Source: Macrostomum lignano (lineage: Eukaryota). From it: a stretch of DNA of 64,000 bases. Made by a program: the position numbers and the translations under genes. Shown piece after piece: positions 1-10,724 of the stretch (position 1 is its first letter; every line of letters begins with the position of its first letter). The stretch covers positions 124,001 to 188,000 of the forward strand of contig NIVC01000084.1 of NCBI GenBank assembly GCA_002269645.1, given 5' to 3'. Under the pieces are notes generated by a model that had not been told where the DNA came from, did no database searches, and saw only the letters and a program-made list of their open reading frames with translations.

Positions 1-67
1 AGATATGGTGTTGGGTTTTTCCAAATGTTAGATATGGTGTTGGGTTTTTTCAGATTTTAGATATGGT
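1..67. repeat. 29-bp minisatellite (AGATATGGTGTTGGGTTTTTCCAAATGTT-like), end of an array entering from the left edge
   Basis: AGATATGGT recurs at 1, 30 and 59. Same family as the array at 42644-42862. Confidence 0.85.
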
Positions 68-68
68 C

Positions 69-922
69 TGTTAAAGCGGATGACTGTTTAGAACAAAAAA
101 ACAAGAAAAAAGGTCGGATTCTTAGAAGTATTTTTCTTGCCTTCAGCACTTCTGCGGTCTCGCGCAGACACAAAAAAACTTACTAAACACCAAAAACTCG
201 CGCCTTTTAATTATTATTTAACGTGGGGTGGGGTTAGCAGAGAGGAGGGGTTGGCTCATGTACATTAAATACAGAAAAATATATGTACAGGTAAATAAGT
301 AAAACCCCAAAAATATAACAAAAAATGAACCTCCCGAACATTCCTCCTTTCCTTTTTAGGGCCAATCAGCAATATTGCAGAAAAAATAGCTTCCCCGAAA
401 CTTAGTACAGTTAATAAAAAATGTGCAATTCTAAAATTGAAACGGTTGCAAGCATGTGTTCAATTTGGAAAAAACAGTAAACTCCTGTAAACAAAAAATA
501 GATAGCGCGAAAGCAGAAAGTAACAATACGAATGCATGCAATGCAAAGTTTCGATTGGGCTAAAAAATAGTTAAATATACGAGTATAAACCTTACTTCAA
601 TCGCTAGCCAACTCAAAACCTCTCTACTAAGAAACGAACGCAGAGACTGCTCAAATGATAATTAGCGAAACAACTCGGGATGGAAAATGTCTCGAAAACT
701 TAGAAATCTCAACTGTAAACATATGAAAAAATGTTTAAAGCTCAAGATTAGCCAAAAATACTCGCATTCAAACAAGCAACAAGTATTTTTACTCAAAATA
801 AAGAAAACACAAAATACGCAAAAATAAGCAATCCATCACCACTTCAGCTATTAGATGCAACTAGGCGTAAAAAACGGCATCCTTGAAAAGTCTTGTTTAG
901 CATCGAAAAGTCCATTTTAACA
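69..922 (-). mobile_element. 3' LTR of a BEL/Pao retrotransposon (~854 bp)
   Basis: Termini TGTTAAA (69) and TTTAACA (922) form a TG..CA inverted pair. The first ~230 bp align with 42227-42415, which abuts a PBS. BEL pol remnants lie immediately internal. No TSD seen. Confidence 0.7.
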
Positions 923-929
923 ATAAGTC

Positions 930-1450
930 AGCAGTCACTGTTCACCTCGCTGCAGCAGGCACAACTTCGTCACGGGTCGTCACGTCCAGGAAATACCTCG
1001 AGAACTCGCCCGAGCGGCCAGTGTCCTCGAGGCGCATCGTAGCGCAAAGATGATGTCGCCGACGGCGAGATCCGGCTGCTCCTTGACTACTAGTCCTAGT
1101 AGTCCTTGCGTCGACCTCGAGGTCACCAAGTCGTCTCTCATCTAGCGGAAGTCGGCAGTTACTAATGAATCGATGAGCCCAAGCAGTCACGCTACGCAGC
1201 CTTCGGTAGCTCTAAAATCGCTCTGGATTCAAACGCCAGTCGTTTTCTTGACTGTGGTGTCGTTCGACAATAGAATTACGGCCGCCGATTTACTACTCTT
1301 GCTCACCTCTCGCCGAACTTCTTGAACTCCGTCAACCGATTTCGGAACTAGCCTTGCCGGCCAGCCATCCACATCTAGCAGCGGTAACTCTGAACCCGCG
1401 CTCCAGACCGCTGATTGGCAGAGGTCTTTGGCACCGTCCGCAGCAGCATC
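930..1450 (-). mobile_element. BEL/Pao pol remnant (post-RNase H region and C-terminal DUF5641-like segment), internally deleted and frameshifted
   Basis: Minus-strand peptides AVWSAGSELPLLDVDGWP, LNPERF*SYRRLRSVTAWAHRFISNCR, EQPDLAVGDII and PRGHWPLGRVLEVFPGRD match typical Pao-family motifs. Confidence 0.8.
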
Positions 1451-1454
1451 TCCT

Positions 1455-1950
1455 GCACCGGTAGCGGGCAGCAGGACTTGGAACGGATAATGTGGCCTGC
1501 CAGCTGAAGACGCCGATGGCGCAACAGTTCGCGGGGACGGGACAGGCCCGTGCGGCAATAGAATGCCGCATTGGGGACGTGTTCGCAGCTGAACTTGAAG
1601 GCGGCGCGCAGCAGGCCAGCGTGCGCCGCATCGATCTGCTGTTCGAGCAATTCCGTCAGCGTCCAGGTCTCCACGTTGTATAACAGGACGGTGTCGATCA
1701 CCGCCTGGAAAAGCGCCGCCCTTTGGCGGTCAGGCACGGCAGTCAAACTGCTGCAGAGTTGGCTATAACAGTGTCGCACATTCCGCCGCCTTTGCTTGCA
1801 ACCCACAAAAGTTGCAAAGCAACGTACAGTTTTCCCAGGGCGACCACTGTGTCACGCTGCGCCGTTGCCTCTACCTGCGCCGAGAGCTGCTCGAAGAAGA
1901 CTTGAGCCTCCTCCGGTCGGGTGGCAGGAGGCGCGTACAAGCAGAACAAG
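1455..1950 (-). mobile_element. RTE-like non-LTR retrotransposon fragment: APE endonuclease piece joined to the post-RT C-terminal region
   Basis: CLYAPPAT..FFEQL..DTVVALG (APE) followed directly by LFQAVIDTVLLYNVETWTL..IDAAHAGLLRAAF..RRLQLAGHIIR (RT C-terminus). The RT core is deleted. Confidence 0.8.
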
Positions 1951-1959
1951 CGCGAAGCC

Positions 1960-2075
1960 AGACGTTGACCAGCTGGGTGAGCTGAAGCAATGCAGAGTTA
2001 AGTGTCTTGCTCAAGGACACAGATTGTTTCGAGTGGGTCGAGAATCGAACCCCCAAACTTTTAGTCTGGGTCCAA
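1960..2075 (-). mobile_element. tRNA-derived SINE fragment with CORE-like domain
   Basis: Minus strand reads GGGGTTCGATTCTC (B-box) then GTGTCCTTGAGCAAGACACTTAACTCTGCATTGCTTCAGC, resembling the CORE-SINE central domain. Confidence 0.6.
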
Positions 2076-2777
2076 TTTTTAGGGAGGAAGTGGCTTAGGG
2101 AGTTTACTCAGAAGTTTACTCAGGAAGACTTGCAAAAATTCCTGGAAATAAAAACAAATTGGTAGCACTTAGTGATTGACGGCTCTTCAGTCCTCCAGCT
2201 TTTTCAATTCATTGGTTTAAAATCAAGTTTTAAGGTAGTAACGTGAAGTGGGGCTGCTCGACCATACAGAAGATAGAAGCAAGGACTACTAGACTAGATA
2301 TATTCCTGTGGTCCTTGGATAGATGTTGACTTGGATCATCTAAAACTCATAACCCTTAGATTAGGTAGGTTCGATTTATATTGGAATTTAACGGGCCACA
2401 TGCAGTTCCGAGCACAAACTATCAGCTGAGTGAAGGGCTCCTAAGCAAAAGAGCCTATTTCAGGAGATCGGACTGTAGAGTTTTTCGACATTCGCGCTCA
2501 CTAAAGCATTTTTTCCTTTTTCCCCTCCTCTTCAGGGACCCATCACTGCCATTGTTTTTTTAACCCAATTAGTATAGTATGGGGTATTACTTTTCTAAAA
2601 TTAGCATTTGATTAAATGCTATTCGTATCAGTATATGCATATTGTTTTGGGGTTAATAAAATGTGCACTAGCAGCAGCAAGTGCACTTCTTGTAGTAATC
2701 CGGTGGACAGTTGACCGGAGTTGATGTGGATCTGAGTGGGGGAGCATGTTGGAACCAGACTGACCAAATCAACTTGC

Positions 2778-2876
2778 CGAGAGAGAGAGAGAGAGAGAGA
2801 GGGCAGGATCCTGCCTAGGCTGAGTATGGGTCTTTGTACATCCACTCGTGGCGCGAGTCAGACTGAGAGAGAGAGC

Positions 2877-2925
<49 letters not shown>

Positions 2926-3017
2926 CAGGATCCTGCCTAGGCTGAGTATGGGTCTTTATACATCCACTCGTGGCGTGAGTCAGACTGAGAGAGAGAGAGA
3001 GCGAGAGAGAGAGAGAG

Positions 3018-3084
<67 letters not shown>

Positions 3085-3087
3085 GAG

Positions 3088-3157
<70 letters not shown>
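2778..3157. repeat. (GA)n microsatellite blocks separated by a duplicated ~65-bp spacer
   Basis: GA runs at 2778-2800, 2865-2922 and 2985-3157. Spacer GGGCAGGATCCTGCCTAGG...GAGTCAGACT occurs twice. Confidence 0.95.
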
Positions 3158-3162
<5 letters not shown>

Positions 3163-3199
3163 TTAAGGTGATCTTGCAGGTGGCATGTAACTTTATTTG

Positions 3200-3480
3200 T
3201 TGAATGGGCTGCTGACGATTCAAGGGTGAGGATTCTGTGGAGTGCATGAAGATCTGAATTGGGGCCTGACCGCTGTTACATTACCAATACTTTTAGCTGC
3301 ATGCTTGAAGAGGGAAGAGGAATTGACCGCGGCTTTCCTGGCCAAGTATCCAGGTGCAAGAGGTACTTCCAATTCGACAAAGCTCCGACTGCTCGTCTGT
3401 CACCGGCTGAGAGTCGTCTGCAGCGTCAGGAAAAGAACCTCTCGTGCACTGGCTGTGAGCAGTACAACACAGAGCTGACA
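3200..3480 (+). mobile_element. Degenerate DIRS-type remnant (probable start of the tyrosine-recombinase ORF), homologous to 27790-28040
   Basis: Clear DNA similarity to 27835-28040 (GGGCCTGA..TGTTACAT..TTAGCTGCA..CCAGGTGCA..CTCGTGCACTGGCTGTGAGCAG), which continues a DIRS RT-RNase H remnant. The YR assignment is inference. Confidence 0.5.
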
Positions 3481-3920
3481 TATTGGCCCTCCAACTGAAT
3501 CAAGCTTGAACCTAGCTTGAGAAAAACCTATGATCTATGAAAAACAATGGCTTTATTATAGAAACCCGAAGGTCTTTTATGTAAGATTTGAATAATATAA
3601 TTATCATTTGATACTCGTATTCGTCATTTAATTTTCGAAACGGAGGTTACAATTATAAAGTTGGTCAGCTAAAAAATAAGTTGAAAGTTTGTTACTGAAG
3701 TTAAAACTATGTAATGGAAAAAGATAGGAAAATTCCGAATAAAAAATGTGTCGTTAAAAAAACGAAAAGTTTTGAAAAACTGAAATTTGTAAATTTGAAT
3801 GGAATTTAAATGGCAATTTGCTTTTACAATATACTTCGACTACGAGCGTATGGGCTTTGAAAAAGTCAAAACAAAATTTAATTACGAGAAAAATTTTGAC
3901 TGTTGAATGTTTGAAATAGA

Positions 3921-3993
3921 TTTCTACGTGGCACTATTGACGTGGAACTATGCCACGTGGCAAAATATTTTCAGGAATTCTTTTCTATAAAAG
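3921..3993 (+). promoter_or_regulatory. Putative WSC-1 promoter: three ACGTGG motifs plus TATA box
   Basis: ACGTGG at 3926, 3940 and 3955; TATAAAAG at 3986-3993, ~80 bp before the ATG. Equivalent motifs precede the other two paralogues. Confidence 0.6.
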
Positions 3994-4074
3994 AATGAAA
4001 CCTACGAGACTGCCGAATCAAATTTTCGACGAACTCTATAAAGTCTAATAAGAATATCCCAAGCAAAAAAGAAT

Positions 4075-5754
4075 ATGTATTTTTCTCTCGCTATGATTAT
4101 TCTCGTTGCTGCTCCGGGCGTCTTCGCTGCCGGTGGTAAGAGACTCTGTTTTGATTTGGGTTGTTATAATTCGCACGTACATGAAGCTATTCTATTTTTT
4201 AACTAATGCTAAGTTTGCGCCCTAAATTTCAGCCGAATTCAGTCAGTAACTGAATAAGCCAAAGCACGCCTGAGATCGTGATCTTGACGTTTTTACCTCA
4301 AGGGGCAGATAGCCTATAGAGCATGGCTGCGGGCTGGGGGGGAGAGGGGAGAGAGAAAATAGAAGATAGAAGGGGGATGAGAAAAGAGAGGCGAGTGAAT
4401 AAATGAGAAGAAATGAGACGACAGGAGAGGAGTGATGAATAAAAGAAGAGAGAAAAGAGGAGAGGCGAGGAGATGAAAGGAAGAGAGAGGAGATTAGAGA
4501 GAAGAGTATAAATAATGGCGGGCCGGATTGCTATTGTGAAGTTTTAAAGGGCCCGAGGGCCATACAGAGAGGCTTTGCACGTGGCCTGTAAACTTTATGT
4601 AATGAGAATCTACGTTTTTCAAAAGTAATAAATTTCCACCTTAATTTCAGATCAAATCAGTAAGTTCCCAGCCATTTGATGCCCCAGCCCATAAATACTC
4701 GTAGATCAGTTAAATAGGCCACAATCTATAGCTATCTCTACATAGCAGCTTGTGTGGAAGGGGGTGTTTACAGATCAAAGTGTAGAACCCTTTTGGTCTG
4801 CCCGACGTCCAACTTTTTGCATTTTTATTTACTCTTTCTTTATGCTCATCCTTATGCTTAAGCTTGGAAATCACTTGCTATCAAGTACCCCCCAATCACT
4901 ATTCAATCAAATTGCAAGCCCCAACAACGTCTACTGTCTGGGTCTTCATTCCAATTTTTTGCTGGCTAAGGCAGCTTTTAGTAAATGTTTGTAACTCAGT
5001 TTGTAACTGAGTTTATAAACATAGTTGAGTAAATACGTCTCTAATCTATCAAACCATTTCAGAACATTATGCAGGTTGCTTTGTGCACAAGAGAGGCGAA
5101 TCCGAGGCTCTAAAATTTTTTAGTCAAGAATCCACTAGAATGGCTCCTTACCTCTGTTTGCCCAATTGTCAAGTTTTGGGAAAAAGGTTTTTTGGAATAA
5201 CCAAAAATAAATGCTATTGTGGAAACGATCTCTTAACTCTGAAAATTACACCAAACAGATGCAATCAAAGATGTAGTGCAAAAGAAGAGACAAGATGTGG
5301 TGGTTTGAACGCTATGAGCGTCTACAATGTGACAGGCATTACCATTCCATTGGTGCCAGGTAAGTGAAACAGTTTTTTAACTACATCATGTCATTTAGTA
5401 AGTGTCAAGTTAGCTAGCTGCCAAAAATTTTTTTCTCGCTCATGCTTCGCCATTTCAGCGCCGTCAAAGGGATGCTTTTTGTGGGACCCCATTGAACTGG
5501 TGCTAAATTTTGAAATGAAAGAAAATTTCCCAGTCATGAACCAGGAAAATTGTGCCAGAAGCTGCCTTAAAAAAAGCACAAAGTTATTTGGTCTAGCAAA
5601 CGGCAACCGATGCTACTGTGGCAATAAAATAATTAGGGGAGCTGCGGTGACCCAAGATTATTGTAACCAGCAATGTCAAAATGCCCAATACGGTCTAAAA
5701 TGTGGAGGATCATTGGGAATTGAGATATTCGATTTAGTCCTTATAAAGGTCTAA
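4075..5754 (+). CDS. Secreted tandem-WSC-domain protein 1 (exons 4075-4135, 5063-5359, 5459-5754; 217 aa)
   Basis: Exon 1 encodes hydrophobic MYFSLAMIILVAAPGVFAAG. Both introns are phase-1 GT-AG (donors GTAAG, acceptors TTTCAG); 61+297+296=654 nt. Exons 2 and 3 each give an 8-Cys WSC pattern (YxGCF..C..C..FG..CYCG..C..C..CGG). AATAAA downstream. Confidence 0.9.
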
Positions 5755-6470
5755 ATTCAACTAAACTGACCGGAACGCAACTAACTAAACTGAACTGGAC
5801 TGAAAATGTGATCTCAATAATTGATAATAAAATAAAAAGTTCAAACACTATTAACAGCGTTCAATACAATTATTTAAAGTCTGTATACTATTCTGACTCC
5901 GTCATTTCTTATTTCAACTCTCTTGACATCCATCACAATATACTAAATCTCTAAGGTCTGCTTGTCTGACCGGTATTCCAGTCTACAGCCTGAATGCCTG
6001 AACCGATTTTTTTCAAACTTGCTTCATTCAATTGCAAATTCTTGTGAGATTGTGTGGGTGTAATTGCATTTAAAAAATTCGAATGGGAAGATGGTTAAAT
6101 ATTCGAAAAACGAGTTTTCCCTATGCTTTCAATGGGAGGCTAGAAAAGGTCAAAATCTTACTAACTGAATTTCAATTCCAATTAAGATTGCGCCACAACT
6201 TTTCTCTGTTCACTGTGTACGTGAAGACTCAATAAGGGAGTCAGTACTGGCTGCAATAAAGGAGAGGAAAATAATGCTCAGTGGCTGCGTGTGTACATTC
6301 TGACCCTGGCTGACTGGCGGACTGCATAGACAATTGCTATTAATAGATTTCACTCAACTCTGCATTGGCTCTGCCTGCACAACTTGTGCACACTGAGCAG
6401 CCTATCACTGCTATGTATTTGACTGCTGTGCCGAAGCATATATGGCTGATTTTTGCGCCCTCCGATCAGT

Positions 6471-6548
6471 AGGCGGAATAGCCGCAGTGTAGGCACTAGG
6501 ACTAGGTTTAGGCTAGGCGTAAGGTCCAAGGTTCGAGTCCGCCTCCCC
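6471..6548 (+). pseudogene. tRNA-like segment with A- and B-box inside family-A elements (copies at ~8809-8886 and ~15710-15787)
   Basis: TAGCCGCAGTGTAGG (A-box-like), GGTTCGAGTCC (B-box) and flanking AGGCGGA/TCCGCCT pairing. No proper anticodon or T arm. Confidence 0.55.
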
Positions 6549-7509
6549 AGCGGTTAATTAAAATTAAATAAATTCATTCATTAGTAGCTTCTGCCTCGAC
6601 TATTTTGAACATTTTTTGATTAATTGTAATTAATTTTTTTTATTAATTACAATAATTTATTTTGCTACTCGCACAAGCCACTAAGCAAATTTGATTTGAT
6701 TTGTAAAATCTTAAGATCCCATTAATTGTTATTATCTAGGTCTATAGAAGTAGATATTACTAAACTGCAGGGGATTAAATTACTAAGCTGCAGATGATGC
6801 TGCTAAACTGCTGAGGTATTGCTAAATGCTGAGTGGTGCAAGAGATTGCCGATATGTATCGAAAATCGATTAGTGAGCCATAAAATGCTGAGCTAATTTC
6901 TACATTGTTGAAAGGATCATTGCAGTAGACGATGCTGCTAAACTGCTGAGGTATTGCACAAGACTGCCAATATGTATTGAAAATTGATTAGTGCGCCGTC
7001 GTAAATGCTGAGCAAATTTTTAAATAATTGAAAAGATCATTGCAGTTTGCTGAAAATACTGAGGGGCCAGCTGAGAGAACTGCAGACTGCTGAGGGGATA
7101 AATGAGAATTATTAAGGAAACACTTGCTGACTGCAAATGAATTGACTGCAGACTACTGAGGGGAACTGCAGATTGTTGAAAGGATCATTGCAGACTGCAA
7201 AGGGGACAAACTGCAAACTGCCGAGTGGATAGCTGCAGACTGCTAGGATAATAATGGCAGACTTCTGAGGCGGATATCTAACTGTGAATAATTGTAGCTT
7301 GCAGAAGGGACAATTCTGAGTCCCTGAGGGATAAATGAATAATAATAATAAAAGTTGTAGAGTGCAAATGAGCTGTATGACTGCAGTCTGTTTTGCGGAA
7401 TTAGAAGGGATAATTTCAGGTTGTTGTGGGGATAACTCCCAATTTCTGGGGAGGGTTTAACTTTAAACTTCTGAGGCGATAATAGTAGTCACCTTTTAGC
7501 AGTTTGGGA

Positions 7510-8003
7510 GTGGTGCTAATCTGGGGAGCAGTGCTATCTAAGGGAGTGGGGCTAATATAAAGGAGTGGGGGGCTAATCTGGGGGATTGGGGCTAATCTGG
7601 AGGAAGTAGCGGTGCAAATTTTTGCAGAGTAGTGCAAATCTGGAGAAGTAGTGCTAATCTGGGAAGGTGAAACTATCTGGGAAGCGGCGGTAATCTGTGG
7701 AGCGGTGCTAATCTAGGCTGAGTGCTAATCTGGCCTGAGTGCTAATCTGGGCTGAGTGCTAATCTGGGCTGAGTGCTAATCTAGGCTGAGTGCTAATCTG
7801 GGCTGAGTGCTAATCTGGGCTAAGTGCTAATCTGGGCTGAGTGCTAATCTGGGTGCAGTGCTAATCTGGGTGTAGTGCTAATCTGGGGGAAGTGGGGCTA
7901 ATCTGGGGGTGTGCGGCTAATATGGGGGGAGTAGTGCTAATCTGGGGGGAGTGGAGCTAATCTGGAGGTGTAGGGCTAATATGGGAGAATAGCGCTAATC
8001 TGG
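7510..8003. repeat. 17-bp tandem array (GAGTGCTAATCTGGGCT) internal to A1; counterparts at ~9920-10475 and ~16620-17510
   Basis: GCTAATCTGG recurs with 17-bp period. Copy number differs between the three elements (longest in A3). Confidence 0.9.
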
Positions 8004-8268
8004 TGAGGATTTGAATATAACGAATAATCATAAAAGAACTATAAATGAATTGACATTGCAAAGTTTCAAACATTAAGAAATGTAACTTTTTAGAACTTTT
8101 TAGTCTCAGTAAAATTGGTGTACAACTGCTTAGAGATTTGCTACTGCAGAACTTCTCGGAGATTAGTGAGATTTGCTCAGCGACTGTGCAAAACTGCTTA
8201 TAGACAAGCGCTAAACTGCTAAGAAGCCACCCGGAGGGGGGCTAAATGGCTAGTCTAAATATACTAAA

Positions 8269-10724
8269 TCACAATATACTAAATCTCTAAGGTCTGTCTG
8301 TCTGACCGGTATTCCAGTCTACAGCCTGAATGCCTGAACCGATTTTTTTCAAACTTGCTTCATTCAATTGCAAATTCTTGTGAGATTGTGTGGGTGTAAT
8401 TGCATTTAAAAAATTCGAATGGGAAGATGGTTAAATATTCGAAAAACGAGTTTTCCCTATGCTTTCAATGGGAGGCTAGAAAAGGTCAAAATCTTACTAA
8501 CTGAATTTCAATTCCAATTAAGATTGCGCCACAACTTTTCTCTGTTCACTGTGTACGTGAAGACTCAATAAGGGAGTCAGTACTGGCTGCAATAAAGGAG
8601 AGGAAAATAATGCTCAGTGGCTGCGTGTGTACATTCTGACCCTGGCTGACTGGCGGACTGCATAGACAATTGCTATTAATAGATTTCACTCAACTGTGCA
8701 TTGGCTCTGCCTGCATACAACCTGTGCACACTGAGCAGCCTATCACTGCTTTGTATTTGACTGCAGTGCCGAAGCATATATCGCTGATTTTTGCGCCCTC
8801 TGATCAGTAGGCGGAATAGCCGCAGTGTAGGCACTAGGACTAGGTTTAGGCTAGGCATAAGGTCCAAGGTTCGAGTCCGCCTCCCCAGCCGTTAATTAAA
8901 ATTAAATAATTTCATTCATTAGTAGCTTCTGCCAAGACTATTTTGAACATTTTTTGATTAATTGTAATTAATTTTTTTATTAATTACAATAAATTATTTT
9001 TGCTACTCGCACAAGCCACTAAACAAATTTGATTTGATTTGTAAAATCCTAAGATCCCATTAATTGTTATTATCTAGGTCTATAGAAGTAGATATTAGTA
9101 AACTGCAGGGGATTAAATTACTAAACTGCAGATGATGCTGCTAAACTGCTGAGGTATTGCTAAATGCTGAGTGGTGCAAAAGATTGCCGATATGTATCGA
9201 AAATCGATTAGTTAGCCATAAAATGCTGAGCTAATTTCTACATTGTTGAAAGGATCATTGCAGTAGACGATGCTGCTAAACTGCTGAGGTATTGCTAAAT
9301 GCTGAGTTGCGCAAGACTGCCAATATGTATCGAAAATTGATTAGTGCGCCGTCGTAAATGCTGAACAAATTTTTAAATCATTGAAAAGATCATTGCAGTT
9401 TGCTGAGAATACTGAGGGGCCAGCTGAGAGAACTGCAGACTACTGAGGGGATAAATGAGAATTATTAAGGAAACACTTGCTGACTGCAAATGAATTGACT
9501 GCAGACTACTGAGGGGAACTGCAGATTGTTGAAGGGATCATTGCAGACTGCAAAGGGGACAAACTGCAAACTGCTGACGTTGGTTAGTTTCTCGAGTCGA
9601 GACTTATGAGCGTATAAGCTGCAAACTGCCGAGTGGATAGCTGCAGACTGCTAGGATAATAATGGCAGACTTCTGAGGAGGATATCTAACTGTGAATAAT
9701 TGTAGCTTGCAGAAGGGACAATTCTGGGTTCCTGAGGGATAAATGAATAATAATAATAAAAGTTGTAGAGTGCAAATGAGTTGTATGACTGCAGTCTGTT
9801 TTGTGGAATTAGAAGGGATAACTTCAGGTTGTTGTGGGGATAACAGCCAATTTCTGGGGAGGGTTTAACTTTAAACTTCTGAGGCGATAATAGTAGTCAC
9901 CTTTTAGCAGTTTGGGAGTGGTGCTAATCTGGGGAGCGGTGCTAATCTAAGGGAGTGGGGCTAATATGAAGGAGGGGGGGCTAATCTGGGGGATTGGGGC
10001 TAATCTGGAGGAAGTAGCGGTGCGAATTTTTGCGGAGTGGTGCAAATCTGGAGAAGTAGTGCTAATCTGGGAAGGTGAAACTATCTGGGAAGCGGCGGTA
10101 ATCTGTGGAGCGGTGCTAATCTGGGCTGAGTGCTAATCTAGGCTGAGTGCTAATCTAGGCTGAGTGCTAATCTGGGCTGAGTGCTAATCTAGGCTGAGTG
10201 CTAATCTGGCCTGAGTGCTAATCTGGGCTGAGTGCTAATCTGGGCTGAGTGCTAATCTGGGCTGAGTGCTAATTTGGGCTGAGTTCTAATCTGGGCTGAG
10301 TGCTAATCTGGGCTGAGTGCTTATCTGGGCGCAGTGCTAATCTGGGTGTAGTGCTAATCTGGGGGAAGTGGGGCTAATCTGGGCGCAGTGCTAATCTGGG
10401 CGTAGTGCTAATCTGGGGGAAGTGGGGCTAATCTGGGGGTGTAGGGCTAATGTGGGAGAATAGTGCTAATCTGGTGAGGCTTTGAAAATAACGAATAATC
10501 ATAAAAGAACTATAAATGAATTGACATTGCAAAGTTTCAAACATTAAGAAATGTAACTTTTTAGAACTTTTTAGTATCAGTAAAATTGGTGTACAACTGC
10601 TTAGAGATTTGCTACTGCAGAACTGCTCGGAGATTAGTGAGATTTGCTCAGCGACTGTGCAAAACTGCTTATAGACAAGCGCTAAACTGCTAAGAAGCCA
10701 CCCGGAGGGGGGCTAAATGGCTAG
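8269..10724 (+). mobile_element. Non-autonomous Helitron-like element, family A copy 2
   Basis: TCACAATATACTAAA at 8269; hairpin plus CTAG at 10721-10724; preceded by an orphan 15-nt 5' end TCTAAATATACTAAA (8254-8268). Confidence 0.8.

Larger units (their letters stand above)
5933..8253 (+). mobile_element. Non-autonomous Helitron-like element, family A copy 1
   Basis: 5' TCACAATATACTAAA after an A; near-5' (CTGT)n; 3' GC hairpin GCCACCCGGAGGGGGGC then CTAG (8250-8253); internal 17-bp array. Near-identical copies at 8269 and 15180. Confidence 0.8.

Noticed and set aside
2858-3247. (LS)n and (ER)n ORFs
   Set aside because: Translations of (GA)n microsatellite.
3259-3498. Apparent conserved Cys peptide GPDRCY..SRCKRYF upstream of WSC-1 and WSC-2
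   Set aside because: The second copy has frame-breaking indels and is continuous with DIRS sequence; similarity is at DNA level, and there is no ATG or signal peptide.
8254-10724. A1/A2 tandem as a pure assembly duplication
   Set aside because: The copies differ by structured indels (a segment absent in A1 but present in A2 and A3; different array lengths), which random read error would not produce. Not fully excluded without reads.
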